Both the position numbers and the translations under genes were made by a program. A model generated the notes under the pieces. It was not told the origin of the DNA, did not search any database, and saw only the letters and a list, made by a program, of their open reading frames with translations. A stretch of 55,521 nucleotides of DNA from Reclinomonas americana ATCC 50394 (lineage: Eukaryota). The stretch covers positions 58,967 through 114,487 of the forward strand of contig PS015098.1 in NCBI GenBank assembly GCA_048213135.1, read 5' to 3'. This document shows positions 26,301 to 37,098 of this stretch, piece by piece (position 1 is the stretch's first letter; every line of letters starts with the position of its first letter).

Positions 26301-29186
26301 GGTCGATTCTCGTCGCCATCCTCGCTGCCGTCATCGTCAGCATTCTCGGCATCCGAGTTCTCGCCAGAGTATGGCGACGACGACGCTGACGATGACTCTG
26401 TCGAGGAACCGCTGCTCTCCTCCAGCGAGCCGTCGCATACTACAAGACTCGGTCGGTGCTCGGTGAACTTCCACTTCGCCATGGCCTTGTGCACCTCAAT
26501 GCCCGACTCGGCATTGATGACCATGGATGAGCCAGCCACCGTGTTAATGTCGGCGCCCATCTTGGAGAGCTCCAGCGTGGCGGCGCTATCCGTCTTGGCA
26601 CGCTCCTTGGAGACCTTCATGAAGGTCTTGGTGATGATGACGATGATGAGGTTGGCCAGGAACCAGGCGCCAAAGAACACCATTGGAATAAAGTACCAGA
26701 TGGCTTGGGCGTTATAGGCGTCCATGGTTGCCGATAGAATGTCGGTCCAGCTCTCCATTGTTACACCCTGCAGGTGGGCAGAAGGGTTATATAATCAGCA
26801 CGGGTCTGGTGCATCGTAGATGTGCGTACGTGTAGATGCTCACCGACATGACACACAGCGCCGCCGAGGCGATATTGTCGAAGCTGGTCTTGCCGCGATT
26901 CGGATTGTTGCCGCCGACCATGCACACTAGGCCGTCGGGGCACTGTAGGCCGCCGTTGAAAGAGCAGCCGTCCGTGGCGACCGTGCTCTGCGTCATTGTG
27001 CCGTCGTCGGCCACCTCGAAGCACCGCTGCGAGAGTGTGCCCTTGTAGAGCTGCACGCCGACCACCGAGAACACGAGAAAGTAGACGAAGAAGAGCAGCA
27101 GGGTGTCGGCCAGCGCCGGCAGCGTGCGGAGAATGGTGGTGACGAGCATTTGCATTTCGCGGAGATTGGAGATGGCGCGCAGCGGGCGCAGGAGACGCAG
27201 CGCACGCACGCCGCTCACGTTGGAGCCGACGAAGATGTTGAGGTAGCTGTGGAGCAGGGAAAGGGGGGAGAATGAGATAGGGGGAAGGAGAGGAAGGGAG
27301 GGGAGGGAGGGAAGGAGGAGAAGGGAGGGAAGGGGAGGGAGGGAAGGGAGGTAAGGGAGGGGAAGGGAGAAGAGAGAGAAAAGAGGGAAGAGAGGGAAGA
27401 GAGGGAAGAGAGGGAAGAGAGGGAAGAGAGAGGAGGGAGGGAACGGAAAGCCGTAAAGGGGCTGGAAGAAAAAGGAGGAATCGAAAGATGAGAGAAGATC
27501 TCGATGTGGAGGGTGCGACAAACAGCGAAGAAGTGAAGAACGAAGCAAAAAAACGAGAGAAGCACATGGAGAAGTAGGGCCACGAGGTCAAGAAGCAGAA
27601 GGGGATGGGGGGTGGAGAGAGAAGCAGACACGATGTAGGTGAGCTTGGTAAGATACGAAAATGAGAGAGACATAAAGCGACAATGACAACAGGGAGGCAC
27701 AGGAAAGTCAGAAAAGAGATGGAAGATCTGCGAGAGCACAATGAATACAGGAGTTGCAAAGAGTGTGGGCAGCGACAGAGTGCACGAGACGAGAAAGAAG
27801 GGACTTGGAAATTGACAACACTCATCAGAGGACTGAGGTGCTGAGAACGCTTCCTCTGTTTTTTCCTGTATGTTTGCGTGTGTGCGTGTCTGTCTGACTG
27901 CTTGTGCGACTGTCATTCTACCTCTTATTCTCTTGTTATCTCTGCTTCTCTCTCTTTTCCTCATTGTACTCTTCCGCATCGCAGCGCACCTTCCCGCCAC
28001 GACGATGAAGTCGAGCCAATTCCATCCCGATTTGAAGTATCCCACAAATCCCAATCCAATCCACTTGCACAGCATTTCCACAGTGAAGATGGCAGTGAAG
28101 CCGTAGTCGACAAAGTTGAGGTAGTAATTGCGTCCCTCCTCCGGCCCGGTCAGCGGGTCAAACATCGCCAATGCGATACTGTTCAGCAGTACCACGATCA
28201 GAATGGTGGTCTCGAAGGCTCTGTGGGAAGAGGAAGAGAAAGTGTGTGTGTGAGAGAGAGAGAATGGATCATGGAGCAAACGAATCGAGACACCACACAG
28301 CAATCACCTGTGATTGATCATGTCGTACATGAAGCGATGCAGGATCTGCCAGCAATTCAACCGCACAGATGGGATGCCATTGTAGGGACGAGCCACTCGG
28401 CACTCCTTCTCGATCCGCTTGAGCCGCTCCAGCTCCGCCAGCGACGTGTTGACCGGTACGAGAGACTGCACAAAATTGACGGCGGCACGACGAATGAAAG
28501 AGCCGCGTCGCCTTGGCACCTTGTGCAGCACTGCACCGCTAGTCGACACATCGCCTCCTTCCACGTCGGCAGCCGCCACCACGCTCGCCCTCCGCCCGCC
28601 ACCATTCCCCAACAGATCCGGAACACCGTCACCGCCAGCAAACGACACCAGCGTGCTCCGTCGCCGACCCGGCAGGTTCGGCAACGCAAATCGCAAGTGC
28701 TGCTGCAAGTGCTGATGTGCCTCGCCCTCTAATGGTGGTGGCAGCAGTGGAGGTGGTGGTGAGGGGGAGGGGGCCAGCAGTGCTCTGGTTATTGGTGACG
28801 CTGTGAGGCCGCTGTCGTGACCGTCGCCCACCACAATGCTGGGATTGTCATTGATGGTCCTCTGTTGGGGAGTGGACGGGATGCGGCGAAAGTGTGGTCG
28901 CGCGGGTGACTCGGTGGACGGCGGTCGAGGCACCGGCTGTGTGGAAAGGAGAGAGGTGAGAGTCGGAAAGAGGGGGATTGATTGAATGCAACGTGCACTG
29001 GAGGGGAGAAGAAGACAAGTCGTGCACATATAAACAAGCAGCAATGCGCAGGAAGCAAGAGTTGCACGTACATACAGATACTGAGAGAAGGAGACGGGAA
29101 GAGAGAGAGAGAGGAGGGAGAGCGACCATGTGCGTTTGCGTAAACACCCTCTTGGGACTCACCGCACATTCCCCGGTGTCGCTCAT
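20316..29186 (-). CDS. Four-domain voltage-gated Ca2+ channel alpha subunit (Cav/Nav superfamily, EEEE filter)
   Basis: S4 segments RALRLLRPLR, RSLRLLRVFKLAR, RIIRAIRPLR, RIFRVFRVMRLFR. Pore loops TMESW, TLENW, TTEGW, TGESW. S6 GNYILLNLFIAIL and MLNLFIAVMLENF. C-terminal FLDAWAHHDPESTGYV (EF-like) and IQ-like LQEAVRGWMRR. First exon (MSDTGECA) is less certain. Confidence 0.95.
27250..27470. repeat. Polypurine tract with 10-nt tandem repeat (AGAGGGAAGA)n, intronic
   Basis: Visible in sequence, inside a long channel intron. Confidence 0.8.
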
Positions 29187-29713
29187 GTGGAGGAGTCGTC
29201 CACCAGTGGCTTCTCAACCAGCACACTGCAGATACTTACTCTCTCACTGACACACTCACACACGCAAGTGCGCACGCCCAGACGCACACGATCAATGTGG
29301 TCGTATATCGCTCTCTCGCTCGCACAACACACGAAATGGTGAATGACCGTTGCAAAATCGCTCGTTTTCAGACATTATTATTTTCGAGTGGGGAAGGGTG
29401 CGTGCGCGGCACGTGGAGGCGTGCACGTTGGAAAGCGGAGATGATGATGTCTGTCCACTTGTGAGGCGCAGCCTTCCCAGGGGAAATAGGTGCCCAAAAA
29501 TGGCGATCCCTCGACCTCCGGCAAATGCGTGGTCAGGAACGACCGTATTTCACCGCGCAGCGATTCATGTTCGCTCTCCCGCGAAAAAGTCGCATGTTGG
29601 ATACGCAACGCTGTTCAGGGTGCTTTTCCTAACAACAAAGTTGCCGGCATGGCGCAGCAGGGAGCGAGAAGCATTGCATGAGAGGGTTCGGTTTTACCAA
29701 AAACTGGGTGGGG

Positions 29714-30921
29714 TCATGACACGCCTTGACGCACGTACGACGACGGCGGCGGTACGACCAGCGAGTGCGATGGCAACTCGGATGATGTAGGACTCAACAA
29801 CGTCAACGTTGACTTGCTGTTGCCGCCCACCTCGACGGGCGACGGGTCCCAGCGGCCCTGCAACCGACGTCCGCTGCCCTGATTCGACGCAGTGTGCTGA
29901 CGCTGGAAGGGGGAAGGGCGGAGTGAGAAGAACTTTGTGGGTGTGGTGCGAAGCGACAGTGGAAGACATGCACATACCAGCGCCGAGGGAATGACGCGCG
30001 GCGACAAGTCGGCCGACGAGTTAGTCTCTTGCGAGCGACGCAGGGAGCCGAGCGGAGGCGTGACATTGATGGAGCTCAAGTCGAGTCGCGCTCGGCCAGT
30101 GGACGACGACATGGGCGGTGTGGCAGTGGTCTCGTCGAATGCCGCCCGCACAAAACGCCGGCGATGCGATGACGACGGTGTGCTCGCATTGCCAGACGAC
30201 TGCTGTGGTGGTGGTGGTGGCGGAGGCGGCGGCGGCGGTGGTGGTGCCGGGGCGGGTGACATTGGCGTGGCGGCGGCAAACACTTGTGCNNNNNNNNNNN
30301 NNNNNNNNNNNNNNNNNNNNNNCTCCCGCTCGTACTCGGTCTCCACCACAGTGCGCTCCACCAGCTCACTGGCCCACGGCGCCGCGTCATCCACCTCCTG
30401 CAACCAGCGCTTGATGCGCGCATTGTTCGTCGCCACCTGCAGGCGGTACTCGGTGCGCGGAGTCGACGGCTCAGCCGGCTGGCCGACGCGACGATGAGTG
30501 GCCAAGTTGTCGAGAGTCAGTGGCATCGAGCGCGTGGTGGTGCGCGCCGACGTGGCACCATTGACGGTCGTCGTCGTCGTCGTCGTCGTCGTTGTGCCTA
30601 CAGCAGGGTTGGAGGCCGCCGGTGCTGACCTTGACGAGTACAACGCTTGTTGCTGTTGCTGTTGTTGTTGCTGTTGTTGCTGCTGCTGTTCCTTCCTCGC
30701 CGTCTCATTCAACGCATCCATTACGACCTGCCGCAGCGAGCCCGGCGTGCCGACGGGGCTCATGAGGTTGTTCGGCGAGCGCTTCATGAACGCCGGTGAC
30801 GGCGACACGGCTCCACCCTTTGGACTCGCCACCAACACAAACGCGCTTGTCGGTTCCTTCTCCGCCGCCGCCGTGTCAATCGTCAGCCGTGGCAGGGCCT
30901 TGGCGCGCACAGCAGGCGATT
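29714..30921 (-). CDS. Low-complexity Pro/Gln/Thr/Ser-rich protein, 3' part; N-terminus lost in a gap
   Basis: Long open frame after a CTGAC...GCAG acceptor at 30922; polyQ, polyT and polyP; NNARIKRWLQEV; one short intron; TGA at 29714. No family recognised. Confidence 0.55.
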
Positions 30922-31179
30922 CTGCGCGATCATTCACAGAGTCAGTACGGAAGTAAGGGGAAGAGAGGGGGGAGAAAGGGGAAAGAGAGGGGGGAAGGGC
31001 ACGAGAAAGAGGCAGGGAAGAGAGAAGAGGGGAAAGGCACGAGACAAGGAGTGAAGGCCGGATACGAGGAATAAAGGCAAGCGTGGAGGGGAAAAACAAA
31101 AGCGGAAGGAAAGGAGAAGAAAGTAAGAGAAAGGGCACGCGAGGAGAAGAAAGGGCGGCCGGGGAGAGGAAAGGGCAAG

Positions 31180-31650
31180 AGAGTGGAGGAGAAAGGGCAA
31201 GAGAGGAGAAAGGCCAAGAGAAAAGGCCAAGAGAGCGGGAAAACGCGCAAGTGAGAGATGCTCTCTCTTGCATGCAAGTGGAGAGAAACCAAAGACGAGA
31301 CAGAGGAGATAGGGCAAGAGAGAGGAGGAGGAAGGGCAAGCGTCTCTGAGAGGAAAGGAGAAAGGGCAAGAGAAGAGGAGAAAGGCCAAGAGAGGAGAAA
31401 GGGCAAGAGAAACGGGAAAACGCGCAAGTGAGAGATGCCCTCTCTTGCGTGCAAGTGGAGAGAAACCAAAGACGAGACAGAGGAGAAAGGGCAAGAGAGA
31501 GAAGGAGAAAGGGCAAGCATCTCTGAGAGGAAAGGAGAAAGGGCAAGAGAAGAAGAGAAAGGCCAAGGGGGGAGAAAGGGCAAGAGAGTGAGGAGTAACG
31601 AGATGCTCGCTCTTGCATACAAGTGGAGAACCCATGACGAGACAGAGAAG
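31180..31650. repeat. Purine-rich tandem repeat, period about 177 nt
   Basis: gggaaaacgcgcaagtgagagatgc at 31237 and 31414; gcaagtggagagaaaccaaagacgagacagagga repeated; partial third copy. Confidence 0.85.
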
Positions 31651-31653
31651 ACA

Positions 31654-31655
<2 letters not shown>

Positions 31656-31700
<45 letters not shown>

Positions 31701-31720
31701 NNNNNNNNNNNNNNNNNNNN

Positions 31721-31800
<80 letters not shown>
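31656..31800. repeat. (GA)n microsatellite spanning a 20-N gap
   Basis: Visible in sequence. Confidence 0.95.
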
Positions 31801-31803
<3 letters not shown>

Positions 31804-32028
31804 GAGAGAGAAGAGGACAGAAGAGGGAGAGAAAGGGATGAAGGGGGAAAGGAGGAGAGAAGCGGAGTGAGAAGGAGAGAGAAGGAGAATAGAATAGGAG
31901 AGAAGAGGCGAGAAAGAGAGAGAAGAACAGACAAGGATAGAGTGTGTGTGTGTGTGTGAGAGGGGAGGAGAGAGAATCAATCGTGAGCCCACAACAACCC
32001 ACAACAGAAACCAGGGTTGCCACGCAAC

Positions 32029-34733
32029 TCCTCCTTGTAGACGAGCTTGTCGCTGGGGATCTCGTGAATCGCGGTCTCCACGTCCTTCGGGTCACTGCAC
32101 ACATGGATGAGTGAACATATGTAGCAGATGGAGCGATACGCGATCGGCAACGGCGACCAACCCGAGAGTGTCTGTGCGGTCGGGAGGCCATGTGAGCAAA
32201 AAACAATGATCACGACGCAATGCATGTCGCGAGACTCACCGGCGCTGCCGTAGAAGAGGGCGACCTTGGTGGCCATGTCAGCCAGCTTGTACAGCGGTGG
32301 CGTGTCCTGACCGTAGTGAGCCTGGTTCGCACTGTGGTAAAAAATGATTCATGCACATGAGATTATCGATATCACAAGTGACGCCCAGCAGTGACACACA
32401 AATACACAATCAGGAAGGACTCTCTGTAGCTATCTCACGGTAGTTGTGTAACCAATGCGACGGCACTGTGTTTCTCCATCATCCTCTTGACCCCTTGTCA
32501 TCTACATACCTCGCGCTGCCGAAATCGAACTTCTGGAACTTGTTGCTGCGGATCTGCGACACGGAACGTAACAGAGGCGTCAGTATCTCGCACTCTACCA
32601 ACAGGCGTGCGTCCTCCACTCCGCATACAAACCAGTTGAGCCCCTGCAATGCAAGCGAGTCAGCAAATAGGTCGCACAAACACACAGGAAGAGAGACAGA
32701 GAAAGAGGGAGAGAGAGAGAGAACGAGGGAGAGAAGAGAGAGACAGGGAAGATAGAGCGAGACAGAGAGTGTGAGTCAGAAAGACAGAGACAAAGAGAGC
32801 GAGACAGAGATTTACACGAAGAGGAAAGGACAAACACGCATGATCCCCGTACACGCAAATATGGGAACAGCCGACGCACACATAAAAGAAAGGACTCACA
32901 AATAGACATGGACAAGCACGCTCGCTCACGCGTGCACAGTAGAGAATAGCACACACAAACAAACCGCTCTCCGTATGTGTACAATGGAGAACAAAGCACA
33001 CATAAAAGAAAGGACTCACAAAGAGACACGGACAAGCACGCTCGCTCACGCATGCACAGTGGAGAACAGCTGTCGCACAAAGAGAAAGCAATTCATATGG
33101 ACTAGTACGCATGCACAGTGGAGAGCAGCCGAAGCAAATCACGCACAAATATGCACATATGAAGAGAGAACGATTCACACAAAGAGAGGTACAAGGGCAC
33201 ACAAACGCACACAAACGCACACAGAAGCAGCTGACGCAATACACGCACACGTATTCACACGAAGACAACAGACAAGCACGCTCTTTCTCTCTCACAACGA
33301 GGAGTAGCAAAGCACGCTCGCACGCCCCAGGAATGCCACACACTTGCTGCATGCACCACGCAACAGTGAGCCATGTTCATCACGCTGGTGCCGGACGGGT
33401 AGTGACCCATGTACACATCCCATCGGCTCATGTTCATGAACTGCTTCTGGCAGCCGGCCATGATGCACAGAGTCTCCTCACACACCCACGGCGTCAGCTT
33501 GCACACCTCCGGCAGCAGCGTCTCCAGCACTGCGCACACACAATCGCGAGATGAGCGACTCATTTTTTTGAGGAAACACTCGGTGGAGAGACGTCGCGCA
33601 ACGTTGACTGCTCGGCAAGAACTCGTCGACACCGAGCAGCGCCAGGATCTGGTCAGTGCGCAGCGCGGCCAGAGCCTCGAAAATCAATGAGCCTGTCGAC
33701 GAGAAAGAGTCAGCTGCCGCACATCAACTCACGAAAAAGACCAACAACAATTAATAACCTGGATGCGCGTAGTAGGCCACCGGTGCCAGCGCCACAAACA
33801 CGCCGACCTTGGCGGCGTAGTCGGGGCGCTGGGTGAAGAGCGCAAAGCCCTGCGTCGTGCCCTGCGAGTGACCGACGTAGGCGTGGAAACGCTTGGCACC
33901 AGAGGTGCGCAGCGCAAAGTCCAGCGCCGCCGGCAGATCAATCAAGCCCAAATCATCCCACGTAAAGTCCCAGTAGGCGTTGTCGGGCGTGTTGAGCTCC
34001 TGCGTGTGGTGGTGGCGTGAGCGGGGAGGAGAGAAAAAAGGCGCGGTGGAAAATCAATAACCTTGCTGTACGTGTTGCCGCGGTCGTTGCCCTGTTCATT
34101 GGAAACGAGAGTGAGGAGGCAAGGACAGCAACAATAGACTTTTGCAAGACAGACCAGCCACACATCGTAGCCAGCGTCGGCCAGAATGAACGCCAGGCTG
34201 TTGGAGGCAAAGTTGATGACCCACGTCGTCGACGCATCGGTAACACTGCATGGCACGAGTCAGTGCGATCCGACGCGATACACCAACAACGCAGAGTCGC
34301 ACGCAACCCGTGCTGGAGCCACACTGCACAGCGCGACAAGAAAAAACAAGAGCAAGTCAGCTATCGGAGTATGGAGGAAAGGGGAGGGGGGAGACACGTA
34401 CCGACGGGGCGTGGTCCGGGAGTCGGACCCGCGCGACCATGCGGAATGCGTTGCACGGAGAGCAGGTAGCCGTCGGGAGCGCGCACTTGGTAGTTGATGC
34501 AGGGGTAGCCCTTGGACTCGACTGTGGGAAGGGGAGGGGAGAAAGTGGAGGGAAAGAGAGAAAGTGGAGGGAAAAAGCGAATGAGAAATTAGATAGACAG
34601 TGAGTTGTGGAACTTGCGTGTGTGTGAGTGTGTGAGAGAGAGAGAGAGGGAGAGAGGGAGAGAGTGAGTGAGTGAGTGTGTGTGTGAGAGAGAGAGACAA
34701 AGAGAGAGAGAGAGTGAGTGAGTGTGTGTGTGC

Positions 34734-34774
<41 letters not shown>

Positions 34775-34992
34775 TNNNNNNNNNNNNNNNNNNNNAGTCT
34801 TGCACAAGAGCACAGTGGACGAGTCTCTCACTCTCGTGCTCTCAGTCATTCACTCTCGCTCTTCCCTCCTCTCTCGCACACACACTCACACACTCACTCA
34901 AACACACACGAGTCTTGCACGAGTCTCACTCTCCTTTCGTGCTCATACTCATTCACTCTCTCTCTCTCTCTCGCTCTTCCCTCCTTCTCTCG

Positions 34993-35041
<49 letters not shown>

Positions 35042-35106
35042 ACACAAACAAAACAGAGTCATGACATCGTGTCCAGTTTCTCAGTCTCTCTCTCTCCTTC
35101 CGTTCC

Positions 35107-35148
<42 letters not shown>

Positions 35149-35487
35149 TACACACACATACACACACACTCCCTCTCCATCTCACTCACACACACATGAC
35201 ATCATGTCCAATTTCAGTCACTTCTCCTTTCCCTCCCTTCTCCCTTCTCTCTCCTTCTCCCCTCCCTCTCCCTCTCCACACACTCAACTCAATTGCGTGA
35301 CATTGCGATGCGTGTCGGGATCCAGCGAGGCAAAGCGCGCACTCTCCGCCACGCGCTCCTCCACCTCCATATCCAACACCGCAAACTTGCGACTCACACT
35401 GTCACCATGCGCGCTGACACTCACAACAGCAGCACAGAGGACCAACACCAACAACAACAGCAAGAGAGGAAGAGTGGCGCGCCCCAT
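32029..35487 (-). CDS. Acid lipase (lysosomal/gastric lipase family, alpha/beta hydrolase); last exon(s) lost in a gap
   Basis: Signal peptide; [51 protein letters not shown] (catalytic Ser), [39 protein letters not shown] (catalytic Asp). Exon with the catalytic His not seen. Confidence 0.93.
32870..33130. repeat. Intronic tandem repeat, period 120 nt
   Basis: cacacataaaagaaaggactcacaaa at 32877 and 32997, each followed by gacaagcacgctcgctcacgc. Confidence 0.85.
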
Positions 35488-37098
35488 GCTGGTGGCAAGA
35501 CAAACAAGAGAGACGCGCGAGCTTGTTTATCTCTTTGTCAGACTTGACGACATTGGCTGGTGCCTCGCAGCTGCTGTGTGAGTACAAGGCGATGAGCTGC
35601 AGAGGGGAGACGCATTGCATGCACGAGCAGTACGTGAGAGGGGCCGGGAGAGGCGATTGCGAGGAGTTTGATCAGAATTCGAACACGAGTGAGTGAGAGG
35701 ACTCGTGCTCTTGGCCAGCAGCACACTAAGGCACACTCCGTGTTGTCATCGAGTGCACAGAGAGAGCGGTTCCCTGGAACCTGCAGCTTGGTGCTGACTA
35801 TTCCAAAAAGGTGGTGTGTTCGGTTTGCGTTTCTCGGTTACTTTTTATCTCCTATAGCTACACATTATTTTGATTACAGTGCGCCGGGCCTTAAGAGACA
35901 TCGCACGCGCATGTGATGTGCTGGTGGTGGCCAACCGGGTGGCGGACGAGGTACGGTCATAATTATAAGGTTTGGCTTCGCGTTTGGCGAAAAGCCACAC
36001 GCTTTGCATGGTTGTGAATGTGCACCTTCTCCCAGAAAAGGTAAATAAAATCATCTCTTCTCTCTCTGTCAGTGTCCCAGCGCATGCATGTAGGCCGAGT
36101 GATGCCTCGTAGTCGCGAGTTTCAACCGCAGAGGTTGACGCGCAGCGTGCATGCGTGTCAGCGATCACATGTCTCGACGACTGCGCTGGAGTGCTCTCTG
36201 CAAAGCTCAATCAACAGTGGCAAGTTCCTTGCTTCATCTCTCTGAAAACGTGTGAGCCGCATCGCGAGGAGGCCTCCCGAGCTCAGGCAACGAGTTGTCC
36301 AGAGCGGAGCTCCAAATTTGGAAATCACAAGACTTGGTTGTGCTGCGCGCCTTTCGATTTCTCTGCGAATGCACCACACTGCGGAAACAGGAGTTCGTGT
36401 TCCACCCGTGTCGACACTGAGTTGGCGTCCCAACGTTTGTTGCTGCGCTGCGGCCACTGCAGGACGATTGGTTTGGGAGAATTGTGGCGATTCACCACAA
36501 CTGCCTGACTGATTTGTGTGGTACATGCACACGCGTGCACAACGTTAACGACACCTACAAAAACATTCTGCAACCTATCGACGAGATCATTCTTACAAAC
36601 TTTCGAGCCATCAGGACCTTGCCGTCGTGCGCAGCGTGTTGCCGATAAATGATGATCAATCACGAATTCGAACTCCGATCGCGAATCACACCTTCCTCTT
36701 TCATGATTCACGTCGATGCGTGTGCTTGGGTGTGTGAGGGTGGCGCTGGTCGACATCACGAACCACACCACTCGTGTAAATACACTCACATGGCCAGTAA
36801 GTTCGCGTGTCGGGTTTATTATTCACAGAATTCGAAACCACTGCGTTCTCGATTCGCTGAAACAGCCATCGATCAGCGCCACGAGTGCGACGAACGAGGG
36901 CACACTGCATTGTTGTGCTGCGTTGTAATGTCTGTTGTTTTATCGCTGAGTGAGCTCTGCTCGGGACAAGGCGAAAATTGTCGGTGCCGTTGCATCGTTT
37001 TGTTGTTTCCCATTTTTTTTTATTCTGCCCGGGAGAGAGAAAAGAGTGCGCGGTACCCGTCGAAATATCACGTCTGTTTCTCCCCCACCGTCATGCAG

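Noticed and set aside
29400-29710. snRNA/snoRNA candidate (Sm-like ATTTTTG on minus near 29495; ATGATGA on plus at 29441)
   Set aside because: No U1/U2/U4/U5/U6 hallmark or matching D box recognised; the motifs are too short. An Rfam scan would settle it.
30922-32028. Splicing of the lipase into the low-complexity gene
   Set aside because: Phases are incompatible and the catalytic-His exon is absent; the missing exons most likely lie in gap 31701-31720.
36088-36155. tRNA (GGCCGAGTG resembles a D-arm)
   Set aside because: No T-arm GTTCRA and no proper cloverleaf spacing.
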